A stretch of 64,000 nt of DNA from Syntrophobacterales bacterium (GCA_023512475.1 JAILZL010000005.1:9433-73432); one strand, 5' to 3'; positions 9,936 to 20,226 are shown, counted from the first letter of the stretch. The notes: generated by a model not told the origin, from the sequence alone. Translations and numbers: made by a program.

Positions 9936-11096
9936 GTGCCGCGCAACGTCGCCACAGGCCCCGGCAGCGATGAAAAGCTGGCCCTGCTGCCCTGGCTGGC
10001 CCTCCGGGCCGTCCCCGGGGTGGGGCTGGTGCTGTTTCAGCGCCTGGTGGCCGCCTTTGGCGACCCGGCGGCGGTCTTTCAGGCCCCGGAGGGGGAGCTC
10101 CGGGCGGTGAAGGGGGTGACCCCGGCCATCGCCCAGGCCATTCTCGGGTTCCGGGACTGGGACCGCTGGGAGGCCGAGCTGGGGCGGGCCCATTCCCGGG
10201 GGGTGCGGCTGGTCACCGTGGCGGACCCGGAGTTCCCGGCCCGCCTGCGGCAGATTCCGTATCCGCCGCCCTTTCTCTACGTCCGGGGCGAGGTGGCCTC
10301 TACCGCCGGGCCCGCGGTGGCGCTGGTGGGCACCCGGCAGGCGAGCTATTACGGTCTGCGCATGAGCCGGCGGCTGGCCCGGGAACTGGCGGAGGCGGGG
10401 GTGACGGTGATCAGCGGCCTGGCCCGGGGCATCGATACCGCCGCCCACGCCGGGGCCCTGGAGGCCGGCGGCCCCACGGTGGCGGTGCTGGGCTGCGGCC
10501 TAGATGTGGTCTATCCCCCGGAAAACCGGGAATTTTATGACAAAATTCCGGCGGCCGGGGCCCTGGTGAGCGAATTTCCCCTGGGCACGCCCCCGGAGGC
10601 CCGGAATTTCCCCATCCGCAACCGCCTCATCAGCGGCCTGGCCCAGGCAGTGGTGGTGGTGGAGGCGGGGGCCAAAAGCGGCACCTATATCACGGTGCAA
10701 TACGCCCTGGAGCAGGGGCGGGAGGTGATGGCGGTGCCCGGGCCGGCGGATGCCCCCACCAGCCGGGGGCCGTTGCGCCTCATCCAGGAGGGGGCCAAGC
10801 TGGTGCAGGGGGTGGAGGATATCCTGGGGGAGCTCTCATTCCGGCCCGGGGTCCGGCCCCCCCGGGAAACCGGGGTGCGGGACCTAAGCGGACCTGCTCC
10901 CGGGGCCGATGCCTTCCGGCCGCCCCTGCCGGAGGACCCCCTGCTGCCTTTCCTGGGGGCGGAGCCCCTGCAACTGGAGGAGCTGGTGGTCCTGTCCCGG
11001 CTGCCGGCGCCGGAGGTCTTAAGCCGCCTCACCCTGCTGGAGCTTCAGGGCCTCATCCGGGAGCTGCCGGGGAAGTGCTATGTGCTGGCGGGCTGA
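9936..11096 (+). CDS. dprA: DNA processing protein DprA (Smf)
   Basis: 386 aa. Contains VALVGTRQASYYG, SGLARGIDTAAHAGALEAGGPTVAVLGCGLDVVYPPEN and FPIRNRLISGL, with a C-terminal winged-helix-like tail. Lies upstream of topA, the common dprA-topA synteny. Confidence 0.9.
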   Translation: MPRNVATGPGSDEKLALLPWLALRAVPGVGLVLFQRLVAAFGDPAAVFQAPEGELRAVKGVTPAIAQAILGFRDWDRWEAELGRAHSRGVRLVTVADPEFPARLRQIPYPPPFLYVRGEVASTAGPAVALVGTRQASYYGLRMSRRLARELAEAGVTVISGLARGIDTAAHAGALEAGGPTVAVLGCGLDVVYPPENREFYDKIPAAGALVSEFPLGTPPEARNFPIRNRLISGLAQAVVVVEAGAKSGTYITVQYALEQGREVMAVPGPADAPTSRGPLRLIQEGAKLVQGVEDILGELSFRPGVRPPRETGVRDLSGPAPGADAFRPPLPEDPLLPFLGAEPLQLEELVVLSRLPAPEVLSRLTLLELQGLIRELPGKCYVLAG

Positions 11097-11362
11097 AGTG
11101 GCCGGCGCGGGTAAACCCGGGGCGCCCGGGCGCAGGGATGAAGCCGCAGGGGAGAGGGGCGGCGGCCCGTGGGCGGCCTTGGCCTTTGGGGGTGGGCCGG
11201 GGACGGCGATGTCCGGGGGCCCCTACTGGAGAAGGGGAGGGGCCTGGGCTTCCCTGGAAAGACGTAAGACCGTTAGATCAGGCCCCGTGGCGAAACGGTG
11301 GTGCATCCGGCTCTCAGGGTGCCGATAAGTTAATGGGCGGCGCCTGGGCCCGGCGAAGACAA

Positions 11363-12073
11363 ATGACTCTGATTGTGGCCATACCGGCGGTGGACGGCGT
11401 GGTCCTGGCCTCGGACGGGCAGGTGACCACCGGACTGGTGCGGGTGCCGGGAAAGAAGATCTTTGAGGTGAACGGCCGCCTGGCGTGGGCCGCCTCCGGG
11501 GAACTGGCCCTCATCCAGCGGGTGGCGGAACGCATCGGGGCCCTGCCCCGGGGGCGCAGCCTGGCGTCGCTCCGGGACGACATCGGCATGCTGGTGAAGC
11601 AGTGCGCCACCGAGCTCATCAACCTGGATTTCCGCACCAGCTTCTTTTCCCAGGACCCGGACACCCTGCTGAAGCTGCACCCGGCGGATTTCGTGTTCGC
11701 CGAATTCGACGGCACCCCCCGCATCCTGCACATCACGGTGGATGGGGTGCCGGAATGGATCCAGGAAGCCCCCTTCGCCCTGGGGTCCGGGGATCTCTTT
11801 GCCTACGCCCTGCTGCGCAAGTATCAGGGGCGCCCCCTGTCCCTGGGCCGGGCCGCCATCCTGGCCTACAAGGTCATGGAGGAGGCCATCGCGGTGGACG
11901 CCTACGGCCTGGGCCCGCCCATCGATGTCTGGCAGGTGGGGGTGGCGGAGGTGCGGTGCCTGCCCGAGGCGGACATCCTCCGTTTGGCCCGGGCCGCCGC
12001 GGCGCTCCGGGAGGCGGAGATCCGCCTGCTGCTGGAGAGCGATCTGGGCCCGGAGGATCTGGAGGCGGACTGA
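11363..12073 (+). CDS. proteasome beta-type (T1 family) N-terminal-nucleophile hydrolase, stand-alone
   Basis: MTLIVAIPAVDGVVLASDGQVTTGLVRVPGKKIFEV has Thr directly after Met, Asp at +17 and Lys near +30. ALGSGDLFAYALL matches the GSG motif. The 96 upstream codons of ORF 11075..12073 are Gly/Arg/Pro-rich and overlap dprA, so I start at ATG 11363. Confidence 0.75.
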   Translation: MTLIVAIPAVDGVVLASDGQVTTGLVRVPGKKIFEVNGRLAWAASGELALIQRVAERIGALPRGRSLASLRDDIGMLVKQCATELINLDFRTSFFSQDPDTLLKLHPADFVFAEFDGTPRILHITVDGVPEWIQEAPFALGSGDLFAYALLRKYQGRPLSLGRAAILAYKVMEEAIAVDAYGLGPPIDVWQVGVAEVRCLPEADILRLARAAAALREAEIRLLLESDLGPEDLEAD

Positions 12074-12300
12074 GATCCGTGAAGGGGGCGTCCGGGAAGA
12101 GGGAAAGGGAGGCGGCCCCGGCCAGGGGGAAGCGGGCGCAGGGCTTGCTCCCTTGCTTTTTCCTCCCTCCCCGGGCATGATGACTCTTTACCTGAAAAGC
12201 CCTGGCTGCCGGGGGAGCATCTGGCTGCCCGGCGGCGGCGCGTCGGGCCCCCGGGGACCCTCATCCCTTCGGCGGCGAAAATTCCATCCCAGGAGAGAAA

Positions 12301-14454
12301 ATGGCAGGCCCTGGGCCTGCATTAATGGGAGATATGTCCAAATCCCTGCTCATTGTGGAATCCCCCACCAAGGCCAAGACCCTGCAGAAGTATCTGGGGA
12401 GCGACTTTGTGGTGCGCTCCAGCAAGGGTCACATCCGGGACCTGCCCAAAAACGAGCTGGGGGTGGACCTCAAGCACGATTTTGAGCCCACCTACGTCAC
12501 CATTCTGGGCAAGGCCAAGGTCATCCAGGAGCTGAAGAAAGCGGCGGCAGGCATCCGAGATATCTACCTGGGGCCGGACCCGGACCGGGAGGGGGAGGCC
12601 ATCGCCTGGCACATTGCCGAGGCCCTGGGGGAAAACCATCGCTTCCATCGGGTGCTGCTGATGGAGCTCACCCCCAAGGGCATCCGGGAGGCCCTGGCCC
12701 ACCCGGTGCCCCTGAACCGCCCCCGGTATGAATCCCAGCAGGCCCGGCGCATCCTGGACCGGCTGGTGGGCTACCAGATCAGCCCGCTGTTGTGGAAGAA
12801 GGTGAAGACCGGGCTCTCCGCCGGGCGGGTGCAGTCGGTGGCCCTGCGCCTGGTAGTGGATCGGGAGCGGGCCATCGCCGCCTTTGTGCCGGAGGAGTAT
12901 TGGTCGCTGACGGCCTGTCTGGCCGCGGCCCAGCCGCCGGCGTTTGAGGCCCGCCTGGTGCAGTATCAGGGGAAAGAGGTCAAGATCGGCAGCGCCGCCC
13001 AGGTGGATGAGATCCTGGAGGCTCTGGAGGGGGTGGCCTTCCGGGTGAGCAAGGTGGGGCGCAAATCCCAGCGCCGCCATCCCGCTCCCCCCTTCATCAC
13101 CAGCAGCCTGCAGATGGAAGCCAACCGCAAGCTGCGCTTCCCTCCCAAAAGGACCATGCAGGTGGCCCAGCGCCTCTATGAGGGGGTGGAGCTGGGGGAC
13201 GAAGGGCCGGTGGGGCTCATCACCTACATGCGCACCGATTCCACCCGGGTGGCCGCCGACGCGGTGGAGGAGGCCCGAAAATTCATCGGAGAAACCTTCG
13301 GGGCGCCCTATCTGCCCAAGAGCCCCCCCCGCTACAAAAGCCCCAAGGGGGCCCAGGAGGCCCATGAGGCCATCCGGCCCACCAGCGTGCTGAGGCGGCC
13401 GGAGGCGGTGAAGGCGTTTTTGAGCAAAGACGAGCTGGCCCTGTATGAGCTCATCTGGCGGCGCTTTGTGGCCAGCCAGATGGCGCCGGCCGTATATCAG
13501 GTGACTACGGTGGAGGTGGCGGCCGGGGACTACCTCTTCCGGGCCAGTGCCTCGGTCCTGGAATTCCCCGGCTTCACCCTGCTCTATCAGGAGACCCCGG
13601 AGACGCCGGAGCAGGAGCCCGAGGCGAAGCTGCCGCCGGTCACGGTGGGGGAGGTGCTGGAGCTGAAGGATGTCAACCCCCAGCGCCATTTCACCAAGCC
13701 GCCGCCCCGGTTCACCGAGGCCAGCCTGATCCGGGAACTGGAGGTCCAGGGCATCGGCCGGCCCTCCACCTACGCCACCATCTTGAGCAACCTGCAGGAC
13801 CGCAACTATGTCCTCAAGGAAAAGAGCGGCCTGCGGCCCACCCGGCTGGGCATGGTGGTGAGCGACCTGCTGGTGCAGAACTTCCCGGACATCATGGACA
13901 CCACCTTCACGGCCCGGATGGAATCCGACCTGGACCGCATCGCCGAGGCCCAGCTCTCCTGGCGGCAGCTCCTCCGGGATTTTTATGGCCCCTTCAGCCG
14001 GCAGCTGGAGCGGGCCAAAGAGGCCATGCCGGCGGTGAAGCGGGTGCCCACCGGCCTTTCCTGTCCCACCTGCGGCGCCGAGCTGGTGGTGCGCTGGGGG
14101 AAAAACGGCGAGTTCGTGGGCTGCTCGGCCTACCCCGCCTGCACCTTCACCGCCAACTTCACGGTGGATTCCCGGGGGCAGATCGTCCTGTTGCCGCCGG
14201 AGGCGGCCGGGGCCTTCCCCTGCCCCCAGGAGGGCTGCGGCGGCACCCTGGTAAGGCGGCGCTCCCGCCGGGGGACCTTTTATGGCTGCAACCGCTATCC
14301 CGACTGCCGCTTTCTCCTGAACAAGGAGCCGGTGCCGCAGCCCTGTCCGGAATGCGACTTCCCCTGGATGGTCAAGAAGGGGCGGAAGCTCGTGTGCCCC
14401 CGGGAGGCCTGCGGCTACAGCGAGAGCCAGGTGGCCGAGGCGGTCAATGAGTAG
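12301..14454 (+). CDS. topA: DNA topoisomerase I
   Basis: 717 aa. Toprim motif SLLIVESPTKAKTLQKYLG...KGHIRDLP, active-site region ITYMRTDS, and C-terminal zinc-ribbon repeats (CPTCGAEL..., CPQEGCGG..., CPECDF...). AGGAGAG lies upstream of the ATG. Confidence 0.95.
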   Translation: MAGPGPALMGDMSKSLLIVESPTKAKTLQKYLGSDFVVRSSKGHIRDLPKNELGVDLKHDFEPTYVTILGKAKVIQELKKAAAGIRDIYLGPDPDREGEAIAWHIAEALGENHRFHRVLLMELTPKGIREALAHPVPLNRPRYESQQARRILDRLVGYQISPLLWKKVKTGLSAGRVQSVALRLVVDRERAIAAFVPEEYWSLTACLAAAQPPAFEARLVQYQGKEVKIGSAAQVDEILEALEGVAFRVSKVGRKSQRRHPAPPFITSSLQMEANRKLRFPPKRTMQVAQRLYEGVELGDEGPVGLITYMRTDSTRVAADAVEEARKFIGETFGAPYLPKSPPRYKSPKGAQEAHEAIRPTSVLRRPEAVKAFLSKDELALYELIWRRFVASQMAPAVYQVTTVEVAAGDYLFRASASVLEFPGFTLLYQETPETPEQEPEAKLPPVTVGEVLELKDVNPQRHFTKPPPRFTEASLIRELEVQGIGRPSTYATILSNLQDRNYVLKEKSGLRPTRLGMVVSDLLVQNFPDIMDTTFTARMESDLDRIAEAQLSWRQLLRDFYGPFSRQLERAKEAMPAVKRVPTGLSCPTCGAELVVRWGKNGEFVGCSAYPACTFTANFTVDSRGQIVLLPPEAAGAFPCPQEGCGGTLVRRRSRRGTFYGCNRYPDCRFLLNKEPVPQPCPECDFPWMVKKGRKLVCPREACGYSESQVAEAVNE

Positions 14455-14797
14455 GGGGCCCGGGTGGGAGGCCAAAAGGGCGGAGCGATGGAGGCCAGGA
14501 GGGGGCCTGAGACCTCATAGCCCCTTCCGGCGGCTCTCTGTTTCTCCCGCCCGTCTCCTGGCCGGTCCAGCTCCAGGAGACGAAGCCGGCAGCGCCTTCG
14601 GGGAAGACCCGGGAGACTTCCCGTCTTCCTGCCAGCTCCCCCAGCCTCCCCGCTCCCATAAGGAGATGGAGCTCCAACGCCGCCCTGCCTGAAAAAATGA
14701 AGCATAAAGTTTTCCAGCAGGACTGGGATTGCGCCCTCCCCGCCCCCGGGGGGCGCGGCTCGGGTCTGCCATCCCTTTCCCTCCCCGAGGCGAGGTG

Positions 14798-16138
14798 ATG
14801 ACGGCGGCAACCCTCTTGTCCCCCGAGATTGTCATTATCGGCGGCGGCCTGGCCGGGGTGGAGGCGGCCTGGCAGGCGGCCCGCCGGGGGGTGCCGGTGC
14901 GCCTCTACGAGATGAAGCCCGGCAAATTCTCCCCGGCTCACCGGTCGCCGCTTTTGGGGGAGCTGGTGTGCAGCAACTCCCTGCGGTCCGCTGAGGTGGA
15001 GACCGCGGTGGGCCTGCTCAAAGAAGAGATGCGCCGCCTGGATTCCCTGGTGATGTCCGCCGCGGACGCCACCCGGGTGCCCGCGGGCAAGGCTTTGGCG
15101 GTGGACCGGGAGGCCTTTGCGGCGTTTCTCACCCGGGCGCTGGAGCAGGAGGCGGCGGTCACCCTCATCCGGGAGGAGGTGACGGCCCTGGATCCAGCGC
15201 GCCTCACCGTCGTGGCCGCGGGGCCGCTGGCTTCGGAGCCCCTGGCCCGGGCCCTGGCGGAGCTCACCGGTCAGGAGCAGCTGCACTTCTACGACGCCAT
15301 CGCGCCCATCGTCACCGCCGACAGCCTGGATATGAGCAAAATCTTCCGGGCCTCCCGCTGGGGGGCGGGGGAGGACTACCTCAACTGCCCCTTGACCGAG
15401 GAGGAATATGCCGCGTTCTATCAGGCCCTGATGAGCGCGGAGCAGGTGCCCTTGCGGGACTTTGAAGAGCCCCGGTATTTTGAGGGCTGCCTCCCCCTGG
15501 AGGTGATGGCGGCCCGGGGTTACCTGACCCTGGTGCACGGCCCTTTGAAGCCCGTGGGCCTCATCGACCCCAGAACCGGGCGTCAGCCCTTCGCGGTGGT
15601 GCAGCTCCGGCCCGAAAACCGGGAGGGCACCCTCTTCAATCTGGTGGGGTTTCAGACCAAGCTCACCTACCGGGCCCAGGAGCGGGTCTTCCGCCTCATT
15701 CCCGGCCTGGAGCATGCGGAGTTCGTGCGCCTGGGGTCCATCCACCGCAACACTTTCATCCGGTCCCCGGGTCTGGTGAGCCCCTCCCTGAATTTCTTCC
15801 GCTTCCCCCGGATCTTTCTGGCCGGGCAGCTCACGGGCGTAGAGGGCTATGTGGAGTCCGCCGCCATGGGGCTCCTGGCCGGGATCAATGCCGCCCGCCT
15901 GGCCCTGGGCCTGCCTTTGGTGACCCCGCCCCGGGCCACGGCGTTGGGGGCCCTCGTCAGCCATGTCACCAACACCGCCACCCGGAATTTCCAGCCCATG
16001 AACGTGAATTTCGGGCTCTTTCCGCCCCTGCCCGGCCGCCTGCCCAAACGGGAGCGGGGCCGGGCCTATGCTGCCCGGGCCTTGGCGGAACTGGAGAGAT
16101 GGATACTGGGCCTGGCCGGGGGGGCCACCGGCCGGTGA
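14798..16138 (+). CDS. trmFO: methylenetetrahydrofolate--tRNA-(uracil-5-)-methyltransferase TrmFO
   Basis: FAD-binding motif [21 protein letters not shown], plus [10 protein letters not shown] and [22 protein letters not shown]. Start set at ATG 14798 (MTAATLL) because the listed upstream 23 codons are Pro/Arg-rich. Confidence 0.92.
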   Translation: MTAATLLSPEIVIIGGGLAGVEAAWQAARRGVPVRLYEMKPGKFSPAHRSPLLGELVCSNSLRSAEVETAVGLLKEEMRRLDSLVMSAADATRVPAGKALAVDREAFAAFLTRALEQEAAVTLIREEVTALDPARLTVVAAGPLASEPLARALAELTGQEQLHFYDAIAPIVTADSLDMSKIFRASRWGAGEDYLNCPLTEEEYAAFYQALMSAEQVPLRDFEEPRYFEGCLPLEVMAARGYLTLVHGPLKPVGLIDPRTGRQPFAVVQLRPENREGTLFNLVGFQTKLTYRAQERVFRLIPGLEHAEFVRLGSIHRNTFIRSPGLVSPSLNFFRFPRIFLAGQLTGVEGYVESAAMGLLAGINAARLALGLPLVTPPRATALGALVSHVTNTATRNFQPMNVNFGLFPPLPGRLPKRERGRAYAARALAELERWILGLAGGATGR

Positions 16139-16267
16139 ATCGAGGTGGCCCCGGCCCCGGGCCCGAGGGCACAAGGGAAAAGGAGGGGGAGCGGTGCGCC
16201 CCCCGCCGTCTTGAGGGGGGAAGGGAAGGGCTTGCTCTCCGGCCCCGCCCCCGGAAATGCCCCCGGT

Positions 16268-17375
16268 TTACGCTTCCCGCTTCAGGAGATAGGCCTCCAC
16301 AAAGGCGTCCAGGTCACCGTCCAGCACCGCCTCCACATTACCCTCCTCGTGTTTGGTGCGGTGGTCCTTGATGAGGCGGTAGGGCTGCATGATGTAGGAG
16401 CGGATCTGGCTGCCCCAGGCGATCTCCTTCTGGGCCTCCTGCAGCTCCTGCTTCTTGGCCTCCCGTTTGCGGCGCTCCAGGTCATAGAGGCGGGCTCTCA
16501 GCACCTTCAGGGCCAGCTCCCGGTTGCGGTGCTGGGAGCGCTCCGACTGGCTGGTGACCACAATCCCGGTGGGCAGATGGGTGATGCGCACCGCCGAGCT
16601 GGTTTTGTTGACGTGCTGGCCGCCGGGACCGCTGGCCCGGAAGGTGTCAATGCGCAGGTCCTTCTCGTTGATCTCCACCTCAATGCGGTCGTCCACCTCC
16701 GGGAGCACCTGCACCGCGGCGAAGGAGGTGTGCCGCCGGCCGCTGGCGTCAAAGGGGGAGATGCGCACCAGCCGGTGGATGCCGTTTTCGCTCTTGAAAT
16801 AGCCGTAGGCGTAGGGCCCCGAGGCGGTGAAGGTGACGCTCTTGATGCCCGCCTCATCGCCGGGCAAAAGATCGATGGTCTCGGTGTGAAAGCCCTTGCG
16901 TTCGGCGTAGCGCAGATACATGCGCAACAGCATTTCGGCCCAGTCCTGGGCCTCGGTGCCGCCGGCCCCGGCGTGGATGGTGATGATGGCGTTCTTCTCA
17001 TCCTCCTCGCCGGACATGAGGAGCTGCAGCTCCCAGTTCCGGAAGTCCCGCTCCATCGCCGCCAGGTCCCGGTGCACCTCCTGGAGGGCGGCGGGGTCGT
17101 CCTCTTCCGCGGCCAGATCCAGGAGCACCTCCAGGTCCTCCAGCTGCTGTTCCCGGCGCTGGAAGTCCTCCAATGTGGCCAGGAGCGCCGCCCGCTCCTT
17201 GAGGAGGGGGGCGCCGGCGGCGGGGTCGTCCCAAAAGCCGGGCCGGCCCATGAGCTCATCCAGCTCCCGGATGCGGGCCTGTTTCCCGGCTAAATCAAAG
17301 ATGACCTCGGAGTTGGGCGAGTTTCTCCCGCAGGGTTTTCAGGCGGCTGCGGGTGTCGGCAAGATCGGGCAGCAT
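16268..17375 (-). CDS. prfB: peptide chain release factor 2, two reading frames joined by a programmed +1 frameshift
   Basis: Frame 0 runs from ATG 17375 (MLPDLADTRSRLKTLREKLAQLRGHL) to an in-frame TGA at 17297-17295. The +1 frame continues DLAGKQARIRELDELMGRPGFWDD into ORF 16268..17251. That ORF carries SPF (RISPFDASG) and GGQ (RASGPGGQHVNKT). Confidence 0.93.
17295..17300 (-). other. RF2 programmed +1 frameshift site CTT TGA
   Basis: Minus-strand sequence is CGAGGTCAT CTT TGA T. The Leu codon CTT is followed by an in-frame TGA, with a GAGG Shine-Dalgarno-like element just upstream. This matches the autoregulatory site known from E. coli prfB. Confidence 0.85.
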
Positions 17376-17616
17376 AAGTCCTCCTTGATCAAACAATATT
17401 CCCCAGGGTCCCGGTCAGCCGTCTCCTGGGCGCAACCGACCACGGCCGGGGTAACGGGGTGCGGGTTTCTGATCTCCAGGGAAGGGGGCAGTCTCCGACC
17501 CAGCCGGAGCCGAGTCAAGGATAGCCGGAGAGGGGAAAGCGGATCATAACACGTTCATTTTTAATATAACACAAAAACCTGCGGCAGGGAACCATCCGGG
17601 CAACCCGGCCCAAGAA

Positions 17617-18420
17617 CTAACCGGCACTGAGGAGGGCCAGGGCCAGGATCTCCAGCAGTTCATTCGCCGCCCCCAGCACATCGCCGGTGATGCCTCCCAA
17701 AAGCCGGGTGAAGAGGCGGCTCAGGGCCAGGACCACCACTGCCGCGGCCCCCAAAAGCACGAGTCCCCGCAGGCCCGCCAGCATGAGGCCCCCCACGAGC
17801 ACGGGCCCCAGCGCCCCCAGGACCACCTGGGAGGTGACCCCCTCGGTCATGGCCCGGCCCAAGCCGCCTTCCGGCCGGGCATAGGGGGAGAGCCAGGCCA
17901 GGAGGACCATACCGGCCCGGCTCACCGCCGGGAAGAGGAGCAGGGCGGCAAAGCGGCCGGCTGCCAGAAGGACCGCCAAAAAGACGCCCTTGAGCAGAAG
18001 GGCCAAAACCAGCCCCAGGGCCCCGAAGGCCCCCAGCCGGGAGTCCTTCATCACCGCCAGCCGGGAGTCCCGGTCCCGGCCGCCGCCCAGGCCGTCCAGG
18101 GTGTCGGCCAGGCCGTCCAGGTGCAGACCCCGGGTCAGGAGGACGGTGAGGGTCAACAGCAGCGCCGCCGCCCCCGCAGGGGGCCAGAACCTTAAGGCCA
18201 GGCCGCCCAAGGCCGCGTACAGGCCCCCCAGCAGCAGGCCCACCCAGGGAAACCAGATCAGGGAGCGGGCCAGTTCCTCCGGGCCGGCCACCACCGGCCG
18301 GGGCCAAGGCAGGATGGTGAGGAAGGTCAGGGCCAAAGGGAAGGTGCAGGAACGACCGCGGGGGGGCCGGGCGCCTGAGGCCGAGGTGTCTCTCTCCGGG
18401 CTCACGTCGGATCCTTCCAT
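17617..18420 (-). CDS. cobS: adenosylcobinamide-GDP ribazoletransferase (cobalamin synthase) CobS
   Basis: Polytopic membrane protein with LTFLTILPWP near the N-terminus and GGITGDVLGAANELLEIL near the C-terminus. Start placed at ATG 18420 (MEGSDV). The listed 324-aa ORF extends to 18591 through Gly/Pro-rich codons, so the start is uncertain. Confidence 0.85.
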   Translation of the reverse strand: MEGSDVSPERDTSASGARPPRGRSCTFPLALTFLTILPWPRPVVAGPEELARSLIWFPWVGLLLGGLYAALGGLALRFWPPAGAAALLLTLTVLLTRGLHLDGLADTLDGLGGGRDRDSRLAVMKDSRLGAFGALGLVLALLLKGVFLAVLLAAGRFAALLLFPAVSRAGMVLLAWLSPYARPEGGLGRAMTEGVTSQVVLGALGPVLVGGLMLAGLRGLVLLGAAAVVVLALSRLFTRLLGGITGDVLGAANELLEILALALLSAG

Positions 18421-18594
18421 GGCTGGGCGGATTTTTCCGGCCTCGCAGGATGCCCCAGGGCACCCCGAGTCCCCCTCTCCCCCGCCCCCAGACGGGGCCG
18501 GGAGAGGCAGTGCCCGGGGAGGGCCAGAGACCACCGGCCCTCTCCCCCATCTCCCTGCTGCCCGGGTATCTGGGCAGGCCCCCGGGGCCATCCG

Positions 18595-19653
18595 TTACGC
18601 CTTCTCCGACACCCCGGCTTCGGCGAAGGTGGCCATCTCCCGGTAAATCCGCAGGCCCGCCTCCAAAAGGAGCATGCCCAGGGCGGCGCCGGTGCCCTCC
18701 CCCAGGCGCATGTGGAAGGCCAAAAGCGGCTTCAGGTTGAGGGCGTCCAGCATGATCTGGTGGCCGGGTTCGGCGGAACGGTGGGTGGCGATGAGGTAAT
18801 CCGTCACTGTGGGCGCCAGATGGGCGGCCACCAGGGCGCCGGCAGTGGCGATGAAGCCGTCCAGCAGAAAGGCCTGGCGGGTCGCCGCGGCCCCCAGGAT
18901 GAGGCCAGCGATGCCGGCGATCTCCAGCCCCCCCACCGCCGCCAAAGCACCTATGGGGTCGGCGGCCTCCACCCGATGCAGGGAGAGGGCCCGGTTGATC
19001 ACCGCCACCTTGTGACGCAGGGCCTGATCGTCGATGCCGGTGCCCCGGCCGGTGAGGGTGGCCACCGGCCGGCCGGTGAACACCGCCCCCAGGGCGGCGG
19101 CGGCGGTGGTGTTGCCGATGCCCATATCCCCGGCGGCCAGGACCTCCACCCCGGCCTGGGCCGCCTCCCGGGCCCGCTCCACCCCCACCCACAGGGCCTT
19201 AAGGGCCTCCTCCCGGCTCAGGGCCGGCTCCCGGGCGAAATTGCGGGTGCCCCAGGCCACCTTGCGATGCACCAGGGGCAGCTCCGGGTGGAAGTCATGG
19301 TTGACGCCGATGTCCACCACCTCCACCTCGGCCCCCGCCTGCCGGGCCAGGACGTTGATGCCGGCCCCCCCCCGGAGGAAGTTATACACCATCTGATAGG
19401 TGACTTCCTGGGGATAGGCGCTCACCCCCTCGGCCACCACCCCATGGTCGGCGGCAAAGACCACCACCCGCTTTTGGGGCAATGGCGGCATCTCCACCTG
19501 CCGGATGGCCACGAAGCGGGCGGCCAGCTCCTCTAGCCGCCCCAGGCTCCCTGGGGGTTTGGTGAGGGCGTCCAGGCGGGCCTGGGCTTTGGCCAGCCAG
19601 GCGTTCTCCACCGGTTGAATCCGGTCCACAAGTTCGCGCAGGGCAGCTTCCAT
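18595..19653 (-). CDS. cobT: nicotinate-nucleotide--dimethylbenzimidazole phosphoribosyltransferase CobT
   Basis: 352 aa. Contains LDALTKPPGSLGRLEELA, FAADHGV and GDMGIGNTTAAAAL. Confidence 0.93.
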   Translation of the reverse strand: MEAALRELVDRIQPVENAWLAKAQARLDALTKPPGSLGRLEELAARFVAIRQVEMPPLPQKRVVVFAADHGVVAEGVSAYPQEVTYQMVYNFLRGGAGINVLARQAGAEVEVVDIGVNHDFHPELPLVHRKVAWGTRNFAREPALSREEALKALWVGVERAREAAQAGVEVLAAGDMGIGNTTAAAALGAVFTGRPVATLTGRGTGIDDQALRHKVAVINRALSLHRVEAADPIGALAAVGGLEIAGIAGLILGAAATRQAFLLDGFIATAGALVAAHLAPTVTDYLIATHRSAEPGHQIMLDALNLKPLLAFHMRLGEGTGAALGMLLLEAGLRIYREMATFAEAGVSEKA

Positions 19654-20226
19654 TCAGGGCAGTCCTTGGGAAGAAGGTTTGAGCACTACGGGCAGCCCGG
19701 CGACGCAGAGAAGCACCAGATCGGCCTGGGCGGCCAGGCGCTGGTGCAGCCGGCCGGCCAGGTCCCGGAAGCGCCGGGCCAGGGGGTTGTCCGGTACGAT
19801 GCCGGAGCCCACTTCATTGCTCACCAAAATGAGGGGGCAGGCCACCTTACGGGCGGCGTCCAGGAGCCGTTCCTGGGCCGCCTCCAGCTCGCCTTCCGGG
19901 AGGTTGGCCAGCAGCAGATTGCTGAGCCACAGGGTCAGGCAGTCCACCAGGACGGCGCCGAAGCGCGGTGCGAGGCGCCCCAGGGCCTCCGGCAGCTCCC
20001 GGGGCACCTCCCAGGTCTCCCACGCGGGGCCCCGGGCTTCCCGGTGCCGGGCGATACGGGCCGCCATCTCGGGGTCCCCGGCTTCGCCCGTGGCCACATA
20101 CAACAAAGGCGGCGGATGCCTTTCCGCCAGCTCCTGGGCCAGACGGCTCTTGCCGCTTTTGGCCCCTCCCAGGACCAGGGCCAGGCGGAAGTTCACGGGG
20201 CCGGGCATGGCATCGGTCTCCTGCAC
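19654..20226 (-). CDS. cobU: bifunctional adenosylcobinamide kinase / adenosylcobinamide-phosphate guanylyltransferase
   Basis: 190 aa. P-loop LVLGGAKSGKSRLA, plus YVATG and LILVSNEVGSGIVP. Its stop abuts the cobT start. An alternative start is ATG 20208. Confidence 0.9.
   Translation of the reverse strand: MQETDAMPGPVNFRLALVLGGAKSGKSRLAQELAERHPPPLLYVATGEAGDPEMAARIARHREARGPAWETWEVPRELPEALGRLAPRFGAVLVDCLTLWLSNLLLANLPEGELEAAQERLLDAARKVACPLILVSNEVGSGIVPDNPLARRFRDLAGRLHQRLAAQADLVLLCVAGLPVVLKPSSQGLP

Noticed and set aside
11075-11362. Upstream 96 codons of the 332-aa ORF containing the Ntn hydrolase.
   Set aside because: The sequence is Gly/Arg/Pro/Ala-rich (MLCAGGLKWPARVNPGRPGAGMKPQGRGAAARGRPWP...), overlaps the dprA 3' end and has no fold-like pattern. 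The catalytic Thr directly follows the internal Met at 11363.
12322-14475. 717-aa ORF exactly antisense to topA. Similar long antisense ORFs include 1745..3550, 3853..4932, 4881..5987, 6112..7956, 14444..16174, 29369..32212, 52394..54739 and 61740..63848.
   Set aside because: Their products are low-complexity and rich in Gly/Pro/Arg/His/Gln, with no recognisable motifs. The opposite strand encodes textbook proteins in each case. Stop codons are rare in very GC-rich DNA, so these are shadow ORFs.
18421-18591. N-terminal extension of cobS to the 324-aa ORF start.
   Set aside because: The extra 57 residues are Gly/Pro/Ala/Arg-rich and CobS proteins are about 250 aa. However, the extended start would abut the cobT stop, so it remains an alternative.
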